Of a DNA stretch of 64,000 nt, positions 10,156 to 20,256 are shown in pieces. Source of the stretch: an uncultured Solirubrobacterales bacterium. GTDB taxonomy: Bacteria; Actinomycetota; Thermoleophilia; Solirubrobacterales; 70-9. A program made the position numbers and the translations under genes. The first letter of the stretch is position 1, and each line of letters begins with the position of its first letter. The notes under the pieces are model-generated. The model saw only the letters and a list, made by a program, of their open reading frames with translations, had not been told where the DNA came from and did not search any database. The stretch spans positions 83,415 through 147,414 of the forward strand of contig CAVYKD010000001.1 of NCBI GenBank assembly GCA_963769035.1, in the 5' to 3' direction.

Positions 10156-10204
10156 CGTGCCGGGAAGCTACAAGGTCGGACGCGCGAGGCGGAGTGTGAC
10201 GAAT

Positions 10205-10250
10205 CGCGCGTAACCATGACATGAAATGGTGTTACATCGGATAGTGTCAT
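10205..10250. promoter_or_regulatory. AT-rich divergent promoter/operator region with GTAAC-N16-GTTAC inverted repeat
   Basis: GTAAC 10210-10214 and GTTAC 10231-10235, extended imperfectly as AACCAT/ATGGT. Also TGACA 10217-10221 and TGTCA 10245-10249. Local GC is far below the window average. Lies between accA (minus strand) and the membrane-protein gene (plus strand). Confidence 0.4.
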
Positions 10251-10291
10251 CGCGGTCACCGCCCGCGAGAGCCAATCCTGAGGAGGACCCC

Positions 10292-12170
10292 TTGCTTTCA
10301 GCCGTCTCCAGCGACAGCGCCCCGGCAGGCGGCGCCGCGATCGCCGAGGTCATGCTCGCCAGCGGCGGAGCGTTGATCGCGACGATCGCGCTGCTCGCCC
10401 TTGGCTACGCCCATCGCGCCGGGCGCACCGACCTCCTGCGCCGCCTCTCCACCTTCGCCGCCAAGGACACCGGCCTCGCGACCTGGGCCGCGCTGCCCTC
10501 GATCATCGCCGCCGTCTCCCTGCTCGTCGCCGTCGTCGGCATGTACTGGGACATCTCCCTGCACATCGACGACGGCCGCGACGCCGGACCGCTGGCCAAC
10601 CCCGCGCACTACCTGATCCTCTTCGGCCTCTACGGGATCTTCACCGCCGGCTTCCTCGCGATCGTGCTCCCCGAGGGCAGGCCGAGCCGGGCCGCGGTGC
10701 GGATCACGCGCGACTGGTACGCCCCGCTCGGCGGGGTGGCGATGATCGCCTCCTCGGCCTTCGCGCTGATCGGGTTTCCCGCTCGACGACGTCTGGCATC
10801 GGATCTTCGGCCAGGACGTCACCCTGTGGGGGCCGACGCACCTGATGCTGATCGGCGGGGCCGGCCTGACCCTGATCGGCAGCTGCATCCTCGTCGTCGA
10901 GGGACGCGTCCCGACGGCCGGCGAGCACACCTGGCGCACCCGGCTGGCCCACGGCCGGCGGATCTTCGCCTTCGGCGGTCTGCTGATCGGCCTCTCGACG
11001 TTCCAGGCCGAGTTCGACTTCGGGGTGCCGCAGTTCTCGCTCGCGCTCGAGCCCGTGATGCTCGCCTTCGCCGCCGGGGTCGCCCTCGTCGGAGCGCGGA
11101 TCTGGATCGGTCCAGGCGCGGCGCTCGGCGCGGCGCTCTTCTTCATCGCGATCCGCGGCGCCCTGGCGCTGCTCGTCGGCCCCGGGCTCGGGGAGACGAC
11201 CCCGCACTTCCCCCTCTACCTCGCCGAGGCGCTCTCGATCGAGCTGCTCGCGCTCGTGGTGGCGACCCGGCGGCCCTACGTGTTCGGAGCGATCGGCGGG
11301 CTCTCCATCGGGACCGTCGGCTTCGCGGCCGAGTACGGCTGGTCGCACCTGTGGATGCCGGTGCCCTGGCCGGAGGGCCTGGTGGCGGACGTCCTTCCGG
11401 CCGTTCTCGTCACCGCCGTCGGCGCCGGGCTGATCGGGGCCTTCATGGCGAGCGCGCTGCTCGCCGCCGAGGGGGGCTCGCGAGCCGCCCCCGCCTCGGC
11501 CCCGCCGATGCCCTCCATCGCCCCGGCGGCGGCCGGCCTGGTCGCGATCGCGCTCGTCGTCGGACTCAACGTCGGCGCCAGCGCGCCGGAGGGGCTTCGC
11601 GGTGAGGTCACCCTGAGCGAGGTCGGTGCGCCGCCGAAGCGAACCGTCGACGCCGAGGTCCGGATCGTTCCGGCGGCCGCGGCCGACGATGCCCGCTGGC
11701 TCACCGCGACCGCCTGGCAGGGCGGCGAGAAGCTCGTCGTCGACCACCTCGAGGAGGTCGGGCCCGGGCTCTACCGCACGACCGAACCGCTGCCCGTCCA
11801 CGGGACCTGGAAGACGCTGATCCGCCTGCACAAAGACGACGCGCTGCTCGGTCTGCCGATCTTCATGCCCGAGGACGAGGCGATCCCCGCCGAGGCCGTG
11901 CCCGCCCCGCAGGGGACGTTCGTCCGCCCGCTGGTCGACGAGACCGAGATCCTCCAGCGCGAGCTCAAGGCCGACGTCCCGACCTCGCTCGCCCTGCTCG
12001 GCTACTCGATCGTCGGCTCGATCGTGCTCGCGCTGATCGTGCTGCTCGGCTGGGTCCTGGTCCGGCTGGGTCGCGGCGGCGACTCGCACGGCCCGACCGT
12101 GCCCACGGCGACGGCGGAGACCGGGAGCGCGGGCGGTCGCCGGGTCGGCTCGCGCGAGGCGACCGCCTAG
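10292..12170 (+). CDS. Large polytopic membrane protein of unknown function with C-terminal extracytoplasmic beta-rich domain; one frame change near 10780
   Basis: ORF 10226-11605 (…MYWDISLHIDDGRDAGPLANPAHYL…) joins ORF 10845-12170 (WGPTHLMLIGGAGL… then more than 8 hydrophobic spans). Proposed TTG start at 10292, 5 nt after AGGAGG (10281-10286). Confidence 0.6.
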
Positions 12171-12194
12171 CGAGGCCCGCGGCTCGCGCGCCGG

Positions 12195-13483
<1,289 letters not shown>

Positions 13484-13513
13484 TTATGGCGGTGACGCCG
13501 CCCGGGGCGGCGC

Positions 13514-14236
13514 TCAGGCGACGCGGAAGCGGCGATCCTCGCCGAAGAGGGGCAGCGGATCGCCGCAGATCTCGACCAGCCGCGAGACCGTGCGCTTGCC
13601 GATCTGATCCTCGAGCTGCTCGTGAGCGAGGTCCGTGGTCACGACCATCGAGCGCTGCGACGCGTAGCGCTCGTCGACGATCGCGAACAGCTGCTCGAGC
13701 ACCCAGTCGCTCTGCTTGGTCGCCCCGAGATCGTCGATGTGAAGCAGATCGACCGAGGTCAGGCGGCGGAAGAACTCCGAGTAGCTGAGCTCGTTGGCGG
13801 CGTCGTCGTAGGTCCGGCGGATCCGGGTCAGCAGGGTGGGCAGCGAGTAGACGGCGGCCGACCAGCCGCGCTCGAGCGCCGACTTCGAGATCAGCATCGC
13901 GAGGGTCGTCTTCCCGGTCCCGACGTCGCCCGTGAGCCAGAGGCCGCGGCCGGCGGGGATGTTCTCGTCGAAGTTCTCGATGAACTCGCGCACCGCACGG
14001 ACCACGGTCCGCGACTCCGGCGCGCGCGCCATCTCGGAGATCGGCGGGCGCTCGAAGCTGACGCCCTCGTACTTCGGGGGCAGCGCCGCCTTCACCCCCC
14101 TCATCCGCGCCTGGGCGATGCGCCGTTCCCGGCACTCGCAGGGCCGCGCCATGTCGTCCTCGTCGACGATCCATCCGCCGCCGTCGCAGACGCCCAGCGG
14201 ACAGGCGGTCGGCAACCGCTCGACCCGGGCGCTCAT
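13514..14236 (-). CDS. DnaC/DnaI/IstB-type AAA+ ATPase, candidate replicative helicase loader with N-terminal Cys cluster
   Basis: Intact 240-aa ORF, 22 nt downstream of dnaB. Walker A GDVGTGKT, Walker B LLHIDDLG, N-terminal CPLGVC...CEC. No istA-like transposase nearby. Confidence 0.75.
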   Translation of the reverse strand: MSARVERLPTACPLGVCDGGGWIVDEDDMARPCECRERRIAQARMRGVKAALPPKYEGVSFERPPISEMARAPESRTVVRAVREFIENFDENIPAGRGLWLTGDVGTGKTTLAMLISKSALERGWSAAVYSLPTLLTRIRRTYDDAANELSYSEFFRRLTSVDLLHIDDLGATKQSDWVLEQLFAIVDERYASQRSMVVTTDLAHEQLEDQIGKRTVSRLVEICGDPLPLFGEDRRFRVA

Positions 14237-14237
14237 C

Positions 14238-14258
14238 GGCCGCGCTCGCTTCGCGGCC
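14238..14258 (-). promoter_or_regulatory. 7-bp GC hairpin filling the dnaB / loader-gene spacer
   Basis: GGCCGCG-CTCGCTT-CGCGGCC occupies 21 of the 22 nt between the dnaB stop (14259) and the ATG at 14236. Confidence 0.4.
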
Positions 14259-15728
14259 TCATCCGTCGACCACGTCGACGAAGGCCTCGTCGTCGCCGTC
14301 GCCGTCGACGGCCGGCGGCGGGGCGATCCCGCGCTCGTTGCGATCCACCCGCGAGAGGCTCTTGAAGGAGGCGAACTTGTCCTGGAAGGCGAGTTGGATC
14401 GTGTCGATCGGGCCGTTTCGGTTCTTGCGGACGATCAGCTCCGCGATCCCCTCGAGGCGGGCCCGCTCCTCCTCGTCGACCGACTCGTCGAAGTTCTTGT
14501 AGTAGTCCTCGCGGTAGATGAAGCAGACCATGTCGGCGTCCTGCTCGAGGTTGCCGGACTCGCGCAGGTCGGAGAGGATCGGGCGCTTGTCCTTGCCGGT
14601 GCGCTGCTCGGGCGCGCGCGAGAGCTGCGAGAGCGCGATCACCGGCACCTTGAGCTCGCGGGCGAGGATCTTGAGCCCGCGGCTCATCTGGCCGACCTGC
14701 TCGACCCGGTTGGCGCGGGTGTCCTCGGGGCGCATCAGCTGGATGTAGTCGATGATGATCAGTGCCAGCCCGCCGTTGCCGTTGGCCATCTCCTGGGCGT
14801 GCAGGCGCCTCGCCTTCGCCCTCAGATCGAGCATCGAGAGGTCCGAGGACTCGTCGATCCAGAGCGACGCCTGGTCGATCTCATTGCACACCTTGAGCAC
14901 CTGGGACCACTCGCGCTCGGAGACCTTGCCCTTGCGCAGCTTGTCCGAAGGGATCCGGGCGCGCTTCGCGATCAACCGCTGGGCGAGCTCGGTGTCGGAC
15001 ATCTCGAGCGAGAAGAAGGCGACCGGGCGCTTCTCCTTGATCGAGACGTGCTCGGCGATGTTGGCCACGAGACCCGACTTGCCCATCCCGGGGCGGGCGG
15101 CGAGGATGATCAGGTTGCCGGGCTGGAAGCCACCGGTGATCGCGTCGAGGTCGACGAAGCCCGAGCGCGTCCCGGAGACCTCGACCCGCCCGCTGGCGAG
15201 GTCGTCGAGCCGCTTCACCTCGCGGTCGAGGATCTCGCCGAGCACCCTGAAGTCCTCGGCCTGCTGCTCGTGGGCGACCTCGAAGAGCAGCTTCTCGGCC
15301 TTCTCGGCGAGCTCCCGCGGCTCGGCCTCGCGATTGTGGACCGAGCTCTGGATCTCCTGCGAGGCGCGCAGGAGCTTTCGCAGCAGGGCGTTCTGCTGGA
15401 CGATCCGCGCGTAGTGCCCGGCGTTGCCCGGTGCGGGCACGGTCGAGGCGAGCTCGGCGACGGCGTCCGCCCCGCCGGCCTCCTCGAGCTCGCCGGTCTG
15501 GCGCAGGAGCTCGGAGACGGTGAGCGCGTCGATAGGGTCGCGGCGCTCGTCGAGCTTGCGGATCGCCCTGAAGATGATCCGGTGACGCTCGCGGTAGAAG
15601 TCCTCCGCGGCCAGTCGGACATCGACCATCACCGGGTTGAAGGCCGCCTGGGAGACCATCAGCGCGCCGAGCACCGATTCCTCGGCCTCGAGGTTCTGGG
15701 GTGGGACGTAGGTCTCTGTCGCGGCCAT
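14259..15728 (-). CDS. dnaB: Replicative DNA helicase DnaB
   Basis: Intact. PPQNLEAEESVLGALM N-terminal motif. Walker A ARPGMGKS, Walker B LIIIDYIQLM, then LSQLSR. Start set to ATG 15728 (MAATETYVPPQN) after GGAGAG. Confidence 0.95.
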   Translation of the reverse strand: MAATETYVPPQNLEAEESVLGALMVSQAAFNPVMVDVRLAAEDFYRERHRIIFRAIRKLDERRDPIDALTVSELLRQTGELEEAGGADAVAELASTVPAPGNAGHYARIVQQNALLRKLLRASQEIQSSVHNREAEPRELAEKAEKLLFEVAHEQQAEDFRVLGEILDREVKRLDDLASGRVEVSGTRSGFVDLDAITGGFQPGNLIILAARPGMGKSGLVANIAEHVSIKEKRPVAFFSLEMSDTELAQRLIAKRARIPSDKLRKGKVSEREWSQVLKVCNEIDQASLWIDESSDLSMLDLRAKARRLHAQEMANGNGGLALIIIDYIQLMRPEDTRANRVEQVGQMSRGLKILARELKVPVIALSQLSRAPEQRTGKDKRPILSDLRESGNLEQDADMVCFIYREDYYKNFDESVDEEERARLEGIAELIVRKNRNGPIDTIQLAFQDKFASFKSLSRVDRNERGIAPPPAVDGDGDDEAFVDVVDG

Positions 15729-15878
15729 CGCTTCGGTTCGCTCTCCAATTAGAGGGGGCTCGGCGGCGGAAATCGCCCCGGCCCGCTCAGCGTCCGAGCA
15801 AAGCACACCGCCGGTGATCGCGCCGCCGGCATTTCCGCATACGGCGCGTGTTTTTCGAGCGCTGCCGCCGGGCGGCCG

Positions 15879-16329
15879 CTACTTGGCTTCGGCGACGATC
15901 GTCTTCACCTTGGCGCCGTCCCGCCGGAGATCTCGACCTCGACCATGTAGGTGCCGATCTCGCGGATCGGGTCCTCGAGGCGGATCTTCTTGCGGTCGAC
16001 CTTGAGGCCGCGCGCCTGGGCGATCGCCTCGGCGATCTCCGCGTGGTGACCGAGCCGTAGAGCTTGCCGTCCTCGCCCGCGCGGTGCTGGATCGTCAGCA
16101 CGGTCTTCGAGAGCAGCGCGGCCGTCTCGCCGGCGCGCTCCTCGGCCTCGCGGGCCGCCCGCTCGGCGTTCTCGCGGCGCCGCTGGGCGTCCTCGAGCGA
16201 AGCCTTGGTCGCCGGCTGGGCGAGCTTCCGGGGCTGCAGGTAGTTGCGCAGGTAGCCGGGCGAGACGTCGACCGCGTCTCCGGCGCTGCCGAGGTCCTCG
16301 ACGTCCTTGAGCAGGATCGCCTGCGCCAT
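15879..16329 (-). CDS. rplI: 50S ribosomal protein L9; 2 frame changes (~16055, ~15925)
   Basis: MAQAILLKDVEDLGSAGDAVDVSPGYLRNYLQPRKLA (ORF 15787-16329). It continues out of frame as EIAEAIAQARGLKVDRKKIRLEDPIREIGTYMVEVEI and ...AKVKTIVAEAK, ending at TAG 15879-15881. Confidence 0.9.
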
Positions 16330-16338
16330 CCTCGCGGC

Positions 16339-16640
16339 CTAGCGCTCGCCGACGTAGGGAAGCAGGGCGAGCTCCCGGGCGCGGCGAATCGCGAGCCCGA
16401 GCTGCTGCTGGTGGCGGCGCGAGAGCCCGGTGACCCGGCGCGAGCGGATCTTGCCGCGATCGGACATGAAGCGGCGCAGCGTGTTCAGGTCCTTGTAGTC
16501 GATGTTCTCGACCGTGATCCGGGTGTACTTGCGCGGGCGGAAGCGATCGTTCAGGCGGCCGCGACGCCGTCCCGCGCCGGCCCGCCGGCGCCGCCCGAGG
16601 AACCGCTCTGCGGCGGCGGCTGGCGCTGCTTGCGGGCCAC
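16339..16640 (-). CDS. rpsR: 30S ribosomal protein S18; one frame change near ~16600
   Basis: Reads …[66 protein letters not shown], ending at TAG 16339-16341. GTG 16640 (VARKQRQ…) is in a different frame. The length of 302 nt is not a multiple of 3. Confidence 0.88.
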
Positions 16641-16744
16641 TAGGACCGCGCTCCGTGGATCTCGAAAAGGGCTGTCATATCGCGCAAACGCGCCGCCATG
16701 GGCGACGCGGATTGCGCATGATAGCGACCGCGCGCCGCGAATCA

Positions 16745-16797
16745 GGGCTCGAGGGCGCGCGCCCTCAAACCCGGCGCGGCCCGCCCACCGGCGGGCC
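16745..16797 (-). terminator. Two strong GC hairpins just downstream of ssb (possible terminator or processing site without U-tract)
   Basis: GGCCCGCC-CACC-GGCGGGCC (16778-16797) and the 16-nt perfect palindrome GAGGGCGCGCGCCCTC (16751-16766, flanks extend to 16745-16772). Both lie in the 172-nt ssb-rpsR spacer. Confidence 0.4.
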
Positions 16798-16812
16798 CCG
16801 GCGATCGCCCGG

Positions 16813-17296
16813 CTAGAACGGGATGTCGTCGTCGGCCGCGCCGACGCCGCCGGCCGCCGGACTCGAGAAGTCCGACGTGTCGGCCGGGACGTCGGAGGTG
16901 GGAGCCGAGAAGCCATCGCCGTTGCCCGGCCGGGCTGGCCGGCGCCGTCGCGGCTGCCGAGGAACTGCACGAGTCGGCGATGATCTCGACCGCCTGGCGC
17001 TTGCCCGAGCCGTCCTTCGTCTCCCACTCGCGCCAGTCGAGCCGGCCCTCGACGGCCACGGGGCGGCCCTTGGCCAGGTAGGTGGCGCAGTTCTCGCCCT
17101 GCGCGCCGAAGACGGTGACGTCGAAGTAGTTGGGCTTGTCGACCCAGTTGCCGCTGCCGTCCTTGCGGCGCGAGTTGACGGCGACTCGGAGCTCGCAGAC
17201 GGCCATACCGCTGCCGGTGCTTCGGAGCTCAGGATCGCGGGTCAGGTTGCCGGTGATCACCACCACGTTGACGTTCGACGCTGCCACTGAAATCAC
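16813..17296 (-). CDS. ssb: Single-stranded DNA-binding protein; 2 frame changes in the C-terminal tail (~16985, ~16935)
   Basis: OB-fold NVNVVVITGNLTRDPELRSTGSGMAVCELRVAVNSRRKD…. The acidic tip …GVGAADDDIPF is read in a third frame, ending at TAG 16813-16815. Start is GTG 17296 or GTG 17287. Confidence 0.92.
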
Positions 17297-17399
17297 TTAC
17301 CTCTCTGGATTGCTTTCTTCCGCCAGTGTAAGTAAGCGACCGGCGCGTTCTCTCCCCCGGCGGGAGCGAAAGGCGGAAGGTGCGGGTTTCTTCGCGCGC

Positions 17400-18083
17400 T
17401 CAGCCGGTGGGCTGCTCGGGATCCGCGGGGCCCTCGGGGGCCGGCGCGGACTGCGGCGGGGCCTCGGGGGCCGGGGCGGCGGGTGCCTCCGCCGGGGCGG
17501 CGGGTGCCTCGCCGGGGGTGCGGGTGCCTCCGCCGGGGGTGCGGGTGCCTCCGCCGGGGGTGCGGGTGCGGCCGGTTGCTCGGGCGCAGCTGTGGGCTCG
17601 GCGGCGGGAGCCGCGGGCGGCTCGACAGCGGCAGGGGCCGGCTCGGCCGCGGGAGCCGCGGGTTGAGCGGGAGCCGCCGCGGGAGCCGAGGGGGCGGCCG
17701 GCGGGGGGCTCGCGGACCGCTCATCGCGACGCGAGCCTCCTGGGCCCCGGGAGGGGGCCGAGGCGGCCAGGGAGACGGGCGGCGGGGGCTCGATCAGCGG
17801 ATCGTCGGGATCGACCTTGAAGATCCGAAATCGCAGCACGCCGTCGGCGATCTTCAGGTTGTGGTCGAGCTCGTCGAGGAGCGGCGCATCGGTCTCGAAG
17901 CGGAAGAACCGGTAGTCGGCCTCGTTGCGCTGCTCGATCTCGTAGGCCATCTTGCGAACGCCCCAGCCTTCTCGCCTTGAGCGCGCCGCTTGCCCTCGAT
18001 GCGCGGACGCGACCTCGCCGGCGCTCTGGTCGCGCCTCGTCGGCGGCCTCGGGGTCGAGCATCAGGACTAGTTCGTATTGACG
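17400..18083 (-). CDS. rpsF: 30S ribosomal protein S6 with long Pro/Ala/Glu-rich C-terminal extension; several frame changes; start codon unresolved
   Basis: RQYELVLMLDPEAADEAR… then …KMAYEIEQRNEADYRFFRFETDAPLLDELDHNLKIADGVLRFRIFKV. The PA-rich tail ends …PEGPADPEQPTG at TGA 17400-17402. The codon before RQYE is ACG, with no ATG/GTG/TTG nearby. Confidence 0.85.
17478..17568 (-). repeat. Imperfect 21-nt tandem repeat (about 4 copies) encoding (A/E)APAPPA units of the S6 C-terminal extension
   Basis: Plus strand GCGGGTGCCTCCGCCGGGGGT repeated. One copy reads CCTCGCC instead of CCTCCGCC, which coincides with a frame change. Confidence 0.8.
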
Positions 18084-18185
18084 CGTGCTGTATCGGCGAC
18101 GCGTACGTATGAGCGCCCGCGCGACCCCCAAGATGGCCGGGGCGAGCGGCCCGGACACGGGCCTGCGGAGGAGTGAAGCGGCCGC

Positions 18186-18692
18186 GTGCGGATTCACCGG
18201 ATCAACGTGAGCACGGCTCGCCGGCGCGATCGCTGCGCCGTGGTCGTCGTGGCGGCGATCGCTGCCCGGGCCTGCTCGGCCGCGCCCGCCCGCGCGCCGC
18301 TGCCCGGTGACGTCGGGTTGCGCGGTGGGAGCCGGGAAGTGCCGGCCGAGGCGCCGCGAGGGGTTCGGAGCGCCCCGCGGCGACCCGGGGCGCCCCGTGG
18401 GCGCGGCGCGCGTGAGCGCGCCCGAGACGACGCCCCGCGCCCGCAACCTCGGCGCGCCGAGGCGGACGACCATGCGGCCGACGTCAGGCCGCGGGGCGGT
18501 CGGGCGGCGGAGGCGGAGCGCGCGAGGGTCGCCACCGAGCCTGCGCGGGTCCCACCGCCTCCCCCGGTCCCCCCGGTGGCCGCGGCGCCGGCGCCCGGCG
18601 CCACAGCGGGCCCCGCGCCACCTCGACCGGCGGCGGAGATCACCCCCGAGGGCCGCCCGGCGGCGGAGATCGAGTTCGGCTTCGAGCCTTGA
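18186..18692 (+). CDS. Hypothetical Pro/Arg/Ala-rich protein with N-terminal hydrophobic segment (weak call)
   Basis: GTG-start 168-aa ORF with GC3 of roughly 85% by eye. Possible signal segment AVVVVAAIAARACSAAPARA. No homology recognised. Lies in an otherwise unassigned 650-bp gap. Confidence 0.3.
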   Translation: MRIHRINVSTARRRDRCAVVVVAAIAARACSAAPARAPLPGDVGLRGGSREVPAEAPRGVRSAPRRPGAPRGRGARERARDDAPRPQPRRAEADDHAADVRPRGGRAAEAERARVATEPARVPPPPPVPPVAAAPAPGATAGPAPPRPAAEITPEGRPAAEIEFGFEP

Positions 18693-18734
18693 GCCTCGGG
18701 GAGCGCGCGGTCGCTGGGCGCGGGAGCCGACCGC

Positions 18735-20211
18735 TCAGCCGCTCGCCGCGCGCTTCGCGTCGATGTCGGCGATCTGCTCGTCGATCCAGTCGCCGGGGTC
18801 ACGCTCGCGCGATGATCTCCTGCAGGCGCTCGGCGCGCAGGGCTCGCTCCTCGGCGCTCATCGTCAGCGCGCGGTGGATCGCGTCGGCCTGCTCCTGGAT
18901 GTCGAAGGGGTTGACGCTCAGAGCGCGCAGTCGCCGAGCTCCTCGTGGGCGCCGGTGTTCTCGGAGAGCATCACGACGCCGTCGCGGGTGTTGACCGCCG
19001 GCGCCTCCTTGGCGACCAGGTTCATGCCGTCGAAGAGCGCAGTTGACCATCAGCAGGTCGAAGTGCTTGTAGCGGGCGACGGCCTCGGGGAAGTTCTCGT
19101 AGATCCGCAGGTCGATCGGCATCCAGTCGGTGGTGCCGTGGCGGTGGTTGACGACGGCGACCAGCGCCTCGATCCGCTCGAGGTACTCGGCGTACTCGGG
19201 AACGTCCTGGCGCGAGGGCTGCAGGTGGGCGATGAAGGTGACCTGCTCACGGAACTCGGGGTGCTGCTGGAGGAAGGTGTCGAAGGCGGTGAAGCCGCGA
19301 AGGACGTTCTTCGAGAGGTCGGCGCGGTCGACGCGGATGATCAGGTGGTCGCGGCGGCGGCGCAGGAGCTCGCGCTCGTAGTCGCGCGACCTCCTCGGAG
19401 GCGGCCGCCCGGTCGAGGCGGTCGGCGTCGATCGCGAGCGGGTAGGCGCGCACCCAGGTCTCGCGACCGCCGTGGAGGACGGCGCCGCGCTCGTAGTCGA
19501 CCTCGGCCTCCATCAGCTCGCGGCAGCAGTGCAGGAAGTTGCGGCAGTAGGCGGAGGTGTGGAAGCCGATGATGTCGTTGGCGAGCATCCCGCGGTAGAT
19601 CTGCTCGCGCCAGCGGGCCGGCAGGATCCGCCAGGAGTCCGGCTGCGACCACGGGATGTGGACGAAGTGCTGAAGGAAGACGTCCGGCCGCGCGCGCGCG
19701 GATCAGGGCCGGGCAGGTGTAGAGGTGGTAGTCGTGGAGCATCACCAGCGGGCTCTCCTCGTCGGCGATCATCCGCAGGACCGCCTCGGCGATGTCGCGG
19801 TTGACGACCTTGTAGCCCTCTCCCAGGCGTCGAGCTCCTCCTGGCGGATGTCCGGGGCGTTCGAGAGGTCCCAGAGATAGTGCTGGATGAACCAGAGGAT
19901 CGGGTTCGCGATCACGTTGTAGAAGCGGTCGTAGGCCTCCGCGTCGGACTCGACCAGGCAGACGTCGTAGGAGACCGCCGTCGAGCTCGAGATCGATCGG
20001 CTCGCCGCCGGCCTCGCGGGCGACCGCGACGTCCTCGTCGCTCATCGCCGAGGCGATCCAGAGCGCCCTGCGGTGGTCGACCAGGCCGGTGAGCGCGGTG
20101 ACCAGGCCGCCGCCTCCGCGGCGGACCGACCCGCTCGCCGTCCTCGTCGCGCTCGAACTGGGCCGGGCCGCGGTTCGAGACGATTACGAGGGACTGCTCT
20201 GACTTGGACAA
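18735..20211 (-). CDS. otsA: Trehalose-6-phosphate synthase (GT20, OtsA); many (about 7 or more) frame changes
   Basis: Fragments across three frames: TTG-start MSKSEQSLVIVSNRGP, GGLVTAL context, VMLHDYHLY, ANDIIGFHTSAYCRNFLHCC, YPLAIDADRL, FDLLMVNCAL.., LSVNPFDIQEQADAIHRALTMSAEER. Ends …DIDAKRAASG at TGA 18735-18737. Confidence 0.85.
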
Positions 20212-20256
20212 GACAGGCTGAGAGTAGCCGCGGCGGACGCGCCCCGGCGGACCGGC

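Noticed and set aside
10210-10235. The inverted repeat upstream of accA as a BirA biotin operator.
   Set aside because: The birA gene in this window starts directly with the catalytic domain (MSFGRPHHHARRIGSTND…) and has no N-terminal helix-turn-helix. The half-sites also match the BirA consensus only loosely.
17721-18802. Minus-strand ORFs 17721-18473 and 18194-18802 as genes.
   Set aside because: The first is real only where it carries the S6 N-terminus (RQYELVLMLDPEAADEAR). The remainder, and the whole second ORF, are low-complexity with no start or SD support.
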